Source: a virus
Lineage: Duplodnaviria > Heunggongvirae > Uroviricota > Caudoviricetes
Virus record (IMG/VR): IMGVR_UViG_3300042889_002176
Location: 1-20,553 of that record
Strand: one strand, 5' to 3'
DNA length: 20,553 nucleotides
In this document: piece by piece, positions 14,007 through 20,553 of the stretch
Layout: each line of letters begins with the position of its first letter
Position numbering within the stretch: position 1 is the stretch's first letter
The notes under the pieces: generated by a model
Database searches by the model: none
What the model saw: only the letters and a program-made list of their open reading frames with translations
Told to the model about the DNA's origin: nothing
Program-made: the position numbers and the translations under genes

Positions 14007-16115
14007 ATGGCACAGCCGTACGATCCAAAAAAAGCAGAAACGTTTAATAAACTTGTCAGACAAGGACTGAGTGAAGATGCCGCTGCTGCACAAGCAGGAA
14101 TCAATGACGCACCCTTTGGCACCTATGCCATTGGAGACAACGGGCAGATGGGAGCCCCTGTGGCCGGTGCTGGCAAGGTTGCCGGAGTTGATTTTGTAGC
14201 ACCAACTGCTGCAGAAACTGCTGAAAGTGCCCGGTTCAATCAAGGACTGCAATCACCGTCTAATTTTGAACAGGTTGATTATGCCCAAGAGGCCAAGTCT
14301 CCTCCAGGCAAAGTTACTCCAATCAACTATGTCACTACCAGTACAGAACAAGTTTCTGGTGGTGGATCTACTAATCAAGTGTCTGGGCCCAGAGTTCCCA
14401 ATGCATCCAGCCAGTCGTTGCAACCAGCAATTGCTGCAAAACAAGCTGAAGTTGATCAATTCATCAAAGATAATCCCAGCGACTTTGCTAGAAAAAAACA
14501 AGGCCTTCCGCCTCTTAGTCCTGAAGAAAAACAACAACGTCAAGAAAAACTTGACACACTAACGGCCGAAAGAGAAACACTTAAAAACAAACAAATTGAT
14601 GCTGAATCAACTACACCGCCAACAACAACCACAGTACCCAATACCACAACAACTACACAAACAGTTACTACAGGAACCACCAGCACCAATCAAGCAGTAG
14701 ATCCTGAAACTGATCAAAAGTTATCACAAGAGAATGAAACTCAACTGAGTACCACCACTTCGGCAGCCAATGCATCCACGACTCGAGCTGCTGCGCCGGT
14801 AGAAGCACAAACCACAGTGGACGAAAATGGTCAAGTGGTGTCAACTGCCCCTGTGGTGGTTGATGCGTCCAATGAAATACTAGATGGCCCGACCGATCAG
14901 GAAATACTCGCACGAAATCCCCCACCATTGGTGGTTGATGCGTCCAATGAAATACTAGATGGCCCGACCGATCAGGAAATACTCGCACGAAATCCCCCAC
15001 CAGTTGCGCTGTCAGATGAAGAAATACTTGCACGACAAAATGCCGGTGGCTTGTCTGATGAAGAAATACTTGCACGAAATCCTGAACCGGTTACCTTATC
15101 CGATGAGGAAATACTTGCACGACAAAATGCTGGTAATCTGTCAGATGAAGAAATACTTGCACGAAGCCCTACGCCAGTGCCTGACGTCAAGTATGATGCA
15201 TTTGGTAATGTGGTTCCAAACACACCTGAAGCAATTGCTGCTGCCGCACAAAAAACCGCGGAACAACAAGCAGCTGAACAACAAGCCGCAGCCAAACTAA
15301 ATGCCATCAATCAGGCCACACGACAAAGCCTGTACAAAGCAGTAGGCACGTCGGACTGGCGAGTGCGATTACAGTTGGCCGCCTCCTCAGACTATTTGTA
15401 CAACGCTAGTCCAGTGGGTATTCTAGGGCCATTGGCAGAAACAAATGGTGTGATATTTCCTTACACACCTCAGATTAGTACTGCGTACCGAGCCAACTAT
15501 GAACAATACGATCTTGTGCACTCAAACTATCGCGGTGTGTACTACAAGAATTCACGAGTAGACGATCTAAACATTCGCTGTGCATTCACAGCACAAGATA
15601 CTCAAGAAGCTGATTATTTGTTGGCAGTGATTCACTTTTTTCGTTCAGTGACCAAGATGTTCTACGGCAAAGACGAACAACGAGGATCACCTCCGCCCCT
15701 GGTATACCTCAGTGGTCTTGGTATTAATCAATTCAACGGACACCCTTGTGTGGTCACGTCGTTTACCTACACTCTGCCTGATAACGTGGACTATATACGT
15801 GCCACCAGTGTCAACAACTACGGAACTGATCTACTGAGTCGTCGCACTCCGGGCAAAGCAGCAGGAGCAGCCGGTCTTGGAGCAACAGGTAATCGTATTT
15901 TAAACGCAGGCCTAGAAAGATTTTTTCCTGGTGCAAAACCTGCTCCAGATGCTGTGGTAGGCAGTGTCAACAACTCACAACTGGCCAACTATGTGCCTAC
16001 CAAAATGGAAATTGACATCACATTAATCCCTGTGCAAACACGCAGCCAGGTCAGCAAGCAGTTCAGTCTCAAAGGCTTTGCCAATGGTGACTTGATCAAA
16101 GGAGGATACTGGTAA
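14007..16115 (+). CDS. Baseplate/tail-tube initiator-like protein (gp48/gp54-type C-terminal domain) with long low-complexity N-terminal region
   Basis: C-terminal domain GVIFPYTPQI...FTAQ...FFRSVTKMFYG...PPPLVYLSGLG...CVVTSFTYTLP...VPTKMEIDITL. First gene of the baseplate run, directly before the LysM gene. Confidence 0.7.
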   Translation: MAQPYDPKKAETFNKLVRQGLSEDAAAAQAGINDAPFGTYAIGDNGQMGAPVAGAGKVAGVDFVAPTAAETAESARFNQGLQSPSNFEQVDYAQEAKSPPGKVTPINYVTTSTEQVSGGGSTNQVSGPRVPNASSQSLQPAIAAKQAEVDQFIKDNPSDFARKKQGLPPLSPEEKQQRQEKLDTLTAERETLKNKQIDAESTTPPTTTTVPNTTTTTQTVTTGTTSTNQAVDPETDQKLSQENETQLSTTTSAANASTTRAAAPVEAQTTVDENGQVVSTAPVVVDASNEILDGPTDQEILARNPPPLVVDASNEILDGPTDQEILARNPPPVALSDEEILARQNAGGLSDEEILARNPEPVTLSDEEILARQNAGNLSDEEILARSPTPVPDVKYDAFGNVVPNTPEAIAAAAQKTAEQQAAEQQAAAKLNAINQATRQSLYKAVGTSDWRVRLQLAASSDYLYNASPVGILGPLAETNGVIFPYTPQISTAYRANYEQYDLVHSNYRGVYYKNSRVDDLNIRCAFTAQDTQEADYLLAVIHFFRSVTKMFYGKDEQRGSPPPLVYLSGLGINQFNGHPCVVTSFTYTLPDNVDYIRATSVNNYGTDLLSRRTPGKAAGAAGLGATGNRILNAGLERFFPGAKPAPDAVVGSVNNSQLANYVPTKMEIDITLIPVQTRSQVSKQFSLKGFANGDLIKGGYW
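14853..15176 (+). repeat. In-frame tandem repeats: 2 x 75 nt then 2 x 87 nt (six EILAR units)
   Basis: 14854-14927 is identical to 14929-15002 (encodes VVDASNEILDGPTDQEILARNPPP). 15003-15089 and 15090-15176 encode V(A/T)LSDEEILARQNAG(G/N)LSDEEILAR(N/S)P(E/T)P. Confidence 0.95.
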
Positions 16116-16414
16116 TGGCACAATATGACGCAACAAGTCCCTACTTTGAAACAGGGTACAGTCAGTTTTTCTTGGACAGCATGGTCAACCGACCCATACC
16201 TCGAGAGGACGACGACATCTCTTTTGTGATAAATCTCACATATCAGTATCGTCCTGATCTCCTGGCATTTGACTTGTACGGCAATGCTGCCTTGTGGTGG
16301 GTGTTTTACCAACGCAACCCCAACACCCTGACCACACCTCCTTTGGATTTTGCTGTGGGTGCTTTGATATTTTTGCCTAAGATTGCTACTTTGCGATCAG
16401 CCCTGGGATTCTAA
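16115..16414 (+). CDS. gp53: Baseplate wedge protein, T4 gp53-like (LysM fold)
   Basis: YQYRPDLLAFDLYGNAALWWVF...N motif, 99 aa. TAATG overlap with the upstream gene. Confidence 0.85.
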   Translation: MAQYDATSPYFETGYSQFFLDSMVNRPIPREDDDISFVINLTYQYRPDLLAFDLYGNAALWWVFYQRNPNTLTTPPLDFAVGALIFLPKIATLRSALGF

Positions 16415-16417
16415 CAC

Positions 16418-19400
16418 ATGGCCACAGTTGCAGAACTACAGGCTAGATTAGCTAGCCTAGAACGTTTGATAGACGCCAACCAGGCCAAGGTGGCAGCACT
16501 AACACGAGAACAAGAAAGCATACAACAACAACGACGAAAGTTGTTGGCCGGCGGCGATACCGCAGGTGCGGCTGTTTTACGAGCTCAAGAAAATGCCATT
16601 GACAACCAGATTGCAGATTTGCAAAGTCAATACCAAGACGAAGCAGCAACACTACGCCGAGAAATTGCAGGACTAGAAGCGCAACAAACAAATGCATCTA
16701 CGCCGCAGCCGGCCCCGCCTGCCACTGCAGGAGAAACTGTCAAAGATGATGCTCCGTCAGGCCCTACTGCTGCGCCGCCCGCCACTGCTGGGGCCGACGG
16801 TCGACTGACTCCTCCAGCAGAAACTGGTACCAACGCACCAGTAAAAACTGCTGAACAAACACAGGCCATCAACACAGGCAGCAACAGCGGCCAGGCATTA
16901 AAATCACCAGCTGTTGGAGCCGGGGCCGAAGGCTCTGCTGGCGAAGCTGAAGCTGCTGGCGCAGTGATCAAACCAGGTGTGGCATCGCAACCTGATGACA
17001 ACACACCTGCAGGCTCACCACAGACTGCAGTCAATGCCGAAGAACAAGCAGGCCCCAATGTCAAATCTCGACCCAATGTTCTGGATGAATACGCCAGTTA
17101 TTCGTATTCAGCATCGGTGTACTTGATGTCAGAAGTGCAGTATGCACAACTGCTGAATCAAAAAACCAAAAAAATTGATGGCTATCAATTGCTGTTTCAA
17201 AGCGGTGGCGCTGCCAACAACGTGGGAGGCATTCGTCCGCCCAACAACATTGACGCAGGGTTTGGGGCAGGCAACAGCGAGTTTGGCGGAGAAGAGGCCT
17301 ACTCTGGACCTGACGGTGGGCGCAATCCGTTTTTTGACAATGACTTTTATATCGACAGCATCACAATTGAAAACTTGCCGCCTGGCAACAGCACAGGAAG
17401 TTCGCACAATATTTCGACCATGAAATTTACATTGATTGAGCCCAATGGTATCACCCTGCTGGATCGACTGTATGATGCTGTGGCCAACTTGGCCGTGCCC
17501 GGCACCGATGGCAAAATCAACTACACATCTCCTACCTATCTCATGGTCATACGATTTTATGGCTACGATGCCAACGGCAATCTTGAACAAGTCAGAAGCA
17601 AGCCGGACCAGGAAGGCACCAGTGATCCTGCTGCGTTGGTTGAAAAATTTTTCCCATTTCAAATAACCAGTATCAACTGGAGCGTGGGATCAAAAATGGT
17701 TTCTTATGATTGGGAATGTGCACCCACAGGGCAACTGGTTGCTGGATACGCCAGCCGAGGCACCATACCTGCTGATGTACAACTGGTAAACACCACTGTG
17801 GGCGGGTTGCTGGGCGGCGCTGCCAGATATTCAAGCACCACTACTTCTGCAACCAACCCAGGAGCAGCCACAACAGTTGGCACACGCGATGATGCTAGAC
17901 AAGGTCGGGGATTTAATAGAACCAACACAGGACCAGCCACAACAACAGGAGACTTTGCCAGAGCTGATCGTAGTGCACCTGCAACTGCACCATCCAAGGC
18001 CGACGCTGCTCCCACCAACAAAAAAACTATCACAGGTGGACTCATGGGAGCCATGAACGAATTCCAGGCCAAACTGGTCAAAGACGGAGTGTTCACCATA
18101 GCCGACGAGTATGTGATAGAATTCATTGGTCCTGATGCTGCCAAAATTAGAGATGCCAAACTGCAGTTGCCCAATACCAAGGTAGACAAACGCCTGACTG
18201 CCGGTGGTAAACCATCCACGCAAGATGCTCAGTCTCTAGACCAAGCCAAAACATCTGTGGACATGATATCCAGAAGTTTCAGTATCACAGCAGGTCAACA
18301 ACTGCTGCAGGCCATTGACATGACCATTCGCAACAGCAGTTACATATCTGATCAGGCCTTGGTGATTGTGAACCCCGATGGAACCACACTACCCAATCCC
18401 AACTCAAGAAACCAACCACTCAAATGGTTTACCATTGCTATGAGTGCAGTGCCCATTGGGGACAAGATTGATCCCAAACGCAACGACAATGCTTATCGTA
18501 TTACCTACACTGTGGCTGCCCGAGAAGTCAAGAACATGATCAGCAAGTATTTTCCAATTAGCAAATTTACTGGAGTGCACAAAAGCTATCCTTACTGGTT
18601 TACTGGCGAAAACTCTGCTGTGTTAGAATATCAAGAAACACTTAACACCTTGTATCAGCTCACGGTAAATGGCAGCAACACCGAAAAAAATGCCGCAGCC
18701 AAACTTAGAGAAGTTACCACTTCCAGCATGGCTGACCTTGTGAAATACAACTACGCTCCTACCAGTACAGAATCTAACAAAGGTGCTGACGGCAAAAGTC
18801 TTGAAGCCGCAGCCAACGCTGCTGAAGTGCTGTATTCGCCAGGCGATCTAGCAGAATGCAAAGTAAAGATTGTGGGTGATCCTGCTTGGATCATGCAAGG
18901 CAGCTTGTTTCGAGTGCTGGATGAAGAAATGCTAGGCGGCGAAGCACTGCGAACAGGATTTTTACCTGATGGCAGTATTGCTTTTGACAACCAAGACGTG
19001 CTGTTTGAAATCAACTGGCAGCGTCCAGAAGACTATGATCTTAGCACTGGTCTAGCGGATCCCTACAGCCAAACACAGAAAAAATACAACAATCGAACAG
19101 CACTGCAAAGTCGTGTGTATAGATGTAAAAAAGTTCTAAGCGAATTTCGGCAAGGAGCATTTACTCAAACGCTGGAAGGTGCAATGTTTTATTTCCCCAT
19201 ACCAAACAAAACAAACACAGCCAACGCAGCAGCAGCCAACAATGATGATCCTAGACAAGGTCGAGGATTTAATAGAGCCGACACAGGCACTTCAGATGCT
19301 GGCGGCGGTCAAGGATCATCTCAATTTGCAGCCAGAGATCCTAGACGTTTGGACATAGGCGATGGCGGCAAGGCAGCCATCCTGGGAGCACAAAATCTTG

Positions 19401-19768
19401 CTAAACAGGTGCCAGCTCTCAGTACCTCAGGTGTGAATCCTGCCAGCAGCATAGCCAAAGGAGTTCAGCAAACACTAAGTCCGCCCAGGACGCTGGCTGA
19501 TCCAACGCTTACACAATTGACTGCCAGTCCAGCATACATAGCTGCAAGAGGATCAGGTCAAACGCCTGACGCTGCCTTGCAAGCAGCTAGAACTAGTTTT
19601 GCAGCCACAACAGGTGGAAGCCCGGTGACCAGCAACGGTTTAGCAGTGGCTACCAATGCAGGAACCAGTCCCCCGGTGGCAGGCAGCAATACCAGGCTCA
19701 CTCTACGACAGATTGAACAACAGTCTGCTAGCCGCAACAGCCCACCGCTGGTCAACAGAGAAACCTAA
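16418..19768 (+). CDS. Large baseplate hub-like structural protein (gp27/gp44-type position) with N-terminal coiled coil and Ala/Thr-rich linkers
   Basis: Lies between the gp53-like and gp5-like genes. Late segments KIVGDPAWI and YRCKKVLSEFRQGAFTQTLEG resemble hub-protein C-termini. Confidence 0.65.
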   Translation: MATVAELQARLASLERLIDANQAKVAALTREQESIQQQRRKLLAGGDTAGAAVLRAQENAIDNQIADLQSQYQDEAATLRREIAGLEAQQTNASTPQPAPPATAGETVKDDAPSGPTAAPPATAGADGRLTPPAETGTNAPVKTAEQTQAINTGSNSGQALKSPAVGAGAEGSAGEAEAAGAVIKPGVASQPDDNTPAGSPQTAVNAEEQAGPNVKSRPNVLDEYASYSYSASVYLMSEVQYAQLLNQKTKKIDGYQLLFQSGGAANNVGGIRPPNNIDAGFGAGNSEFGGEEAYSGPDGGRNPFFDNDFYIDSITIENLPPGNSTGSSHNISTMKFTLIEPNGITLLDRLYDAVANLAVPGTDGKINYTSPTYLMVIRFYGYDANGNLEQVRSKPDQEGTSDPAALVEKFFPFQITSINWSVGSKMVSYDWECAPTGQLVAGYASRGTIPADVQLVNTTVGGLLGGAARYSSTTTSATNPGAATTVGTRDDARQGRGFNRTNTGPATTTGDFARADRSAPATAPSKADAAPTNKKTITGGLMGAMNEFQAKLVKDGVFTIADEYVIEFIGPDAAKIRDAKLQLPNTKVDKRLTAGGKPSTQDAQSLDQAKTSVDMISRSFSITAGQQLLQAIDMTIRNSSYISDQALVIVNPDGTTLPNPNSRNQPLKWFTIAMSAVPIGDKIDPKRNDNAYRITYTVAAREVKNMISKYFPISKFTGVHKSYPYWFTGENSAVLEYQETLNTLYQLTVNGSNTEKNAAAKLREVTTSSMADLVKYNYAPTSTESNKGADGKSLEAAANAAEVLYSPGDLAECKVKIVGDPAWIMQGSLFRVLDEEMLGGEALRTGFLPDGSIAFDNQDVLFEINWQRPEDYDLSTGLADPYSQTQKKYNNRTALQSRVYRCKKVLSEFRQGAFTQTLEGAMFYFPIPNKTNTANAAAANNDDPRQGRGFNRADTGTSDAGGGQGSSQFAARDPRRLDIGDGGKAAILGAQNLAKQVPALSTSGVNPASSIAKGVQQTLSPPRTLADPTLTQLTASPAYIAARGSGQTPDAALQAARTSFAATTGGSPVTSNGLAVATNAGTSPPVAGSNTRLTLRQIEQQSASRNSPPLVNRET
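17888..19276 (+). repeat. Dispersed 33-nt direct repeat (DD(A/P)RQGRGFNR) at 17888-17920 and 19244-19276
   Basis: gatgatgctagacaaggtcggggatttaataga versus gatgatcctagacaaggtcgaggatttaataga: 31/33 identical and in frame. Confidence 0.9.
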
Positions 19769-19777
19769 GGAACACAC

Positions 19778-20553
19778 ATGTCAGAAAATACACAGCGCAG
19801 TAAAGGTAGACCAAAAAATTACAAACAGGACCGCGGCGGCGTACCTGCGGAATTTGGTCCGTTTACTGGCATCGTAATGAGTTCAGTGGATCCCACACGA
19901 GCTGGTCGTTTACGAGTGTTTATTGAGGCATTTGCCGACGGTGGCCCAGAATCCATGAACGACGAATCCAAATGGACCACAGTTAGTTACATGCCATCAT
20001 TTTTTGGATCTACTCCGGTCAGCACTGCCACAGGTATCAACAATGAAATTGGCAAGTATCCTGGCAACGCCAACAGTTATGGCATGTGGTTTACCCCACC
20101 TGACGTGGGCATCACAGTGGTATGCATATTTGTCAATGGTGATCGTAGCCAAGGCTACTATATTGGTGTAATTCCTGATGACGGTCTAGGCAACATGGTA
20201 CCAGCAATAGGCAGCAGCAACAAATTTGAATTTGATAACGAGAATCAAAGAAGTTATTTTGCTGGTGCTACTCGATTGCCAGTGTCAGAAATCAATGTTA
20301 ACAACACTAAGATTTTTAATGATCCTAGATTTTTTGAATCTACTAAACCAGTACAAAGCTATCTTGCACAAAGCATATTTCAACAAGGGTTGATAAACGA
20401 TATTGAACGTGGAACTATCAGTACCAGTAGTCAGCGGGAAACTCCTAGTTCAGCATTTGGAATATCAACACCGGGTACTCCAATTTTTCAAGGCGGCATG
20501 AAGCCTGACGATATTCGTGCAAAATTAAACTCTGGTGAAATCAAGCCTGGCGA
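19778..20553 (+). CDS. gp5: T4 gp5-like baseplate central spike protein, N-terminal OB-fold part (runs off the window; not in the ORF track)
   Basis: AAGGA RBS then ATG at 19778, open to the window end. MSENTQRS...GPFTGIVMSSVDPTRAGRLRVFI...YGMWFTPPDVGITVVCIFVNGDRSQGYYIG...SSQRETPS matches the gp5/VgrG OB-fold pattern. Confidence 0.85.
   Translation, partial: MSENTQRSKGRPKNYKQDRGGVPAEFGPFTGIVMSSVDPTRAGRLRVFIEAFADGGPESMNDESKWTTVSYMPSFFGSTPVSTATGINNEIGKYPGNANSYGMWFTPPDVGITVVCIFVNGDRSQGYYIGVIPDDGLGNMVPAIGSSNKFEFDNENQRSYFAGATRLPVSEINVNNTKIFNDPRFFESTKPVQSYLAQSIFQQGLINDIERGTISTSSQRETPSSAFGISTPGTPIFQGGMKPDDIRAKLNSGEIKPG

Larger units (their letters stand above)
1..20553. mobile_element. Segment of a large T4-like (myovirus-type) bacteriophage genome
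   Basis: gp55-, gp47- and gp46-like genes in T4 order on the - strand, divergent from a contractile baseplate gene run (initiator-like, gp53-like, hub-like, gp5-like). Genes are densely packed or overlapping, and no cellular housekeeping genes are present. Confidence 0.93.

Noticed and set aside
14853-15176. CRISPR array or DGR template/variable repeat
   Set aside because: The units are contiguous multiples of 3 nt with no unique spacers and are in frame. Differences are not adenine-specific, and no cas or reverse transcriptase gene is present in the window.
326-19768. Stop-codon reassignment (none of the 16 complete genes ends in TAG: 12 TAA, 4 TGA)
   Set aside because: All conserved genes are full length under the standard code with no in-frame TAG breaks. 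TAG avoidance is ordinary in phage genomes.
906-19877. Short opposite-strand or alternative-frame ORFs in the track (e.g. 906..1229, 3518..3763, 12213..12560, 14668..15075, 14972..15310, 16627..17076, 17129..17662, 17704..18219, 19656..19877)
   Set aside because: They lie inside longer ORFs with clear family motifs, have no recognisable motifs, and in places simply mirror the repeats or codon bias of the real gene.

Overview
This is a segment of a large T4-like (contractile-tailed) bacteriophage genome. The left part (1-13893, all - strand) carries core T4-type genes: late sigma factor gp55, the Mre11-like nuclease gp47 and the Rad50-like ATPase gp46. Two AT-richer accessory cassettes interrupt them. 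(1) Between gp47 and gp46 is a tightly packed four-gene cassette: an adenylate-forming (ANL) enzyme, a Bug/TctC periplasmic binding protein, and the two subunits of a salicylate 5-hydroxylase-type Rieske oxygenase (nagG/nagH-like). (2) Downstream of gp46 is a duplicated [PLP enzyme + small unknown protein] module followed by a cobalamin-binding radical SAM enzyme. Next comes a short, very basic GIY-YIG protein. Immediately after it is a ~330-nt hairpin-rich non-coding stretch whose - strand shows motifs resembling the conserved regions of RNase P RNA, in the expected order. The right part (14007-end, + strand) is a baseplate module: tube-initiator-like protein with internal tandem repeats, gp53-like LysM protein, large hub-like protein and a truncated gp5-like spike. 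All family assignments come from motif recognition and recalled reference sequences; no searches were run.
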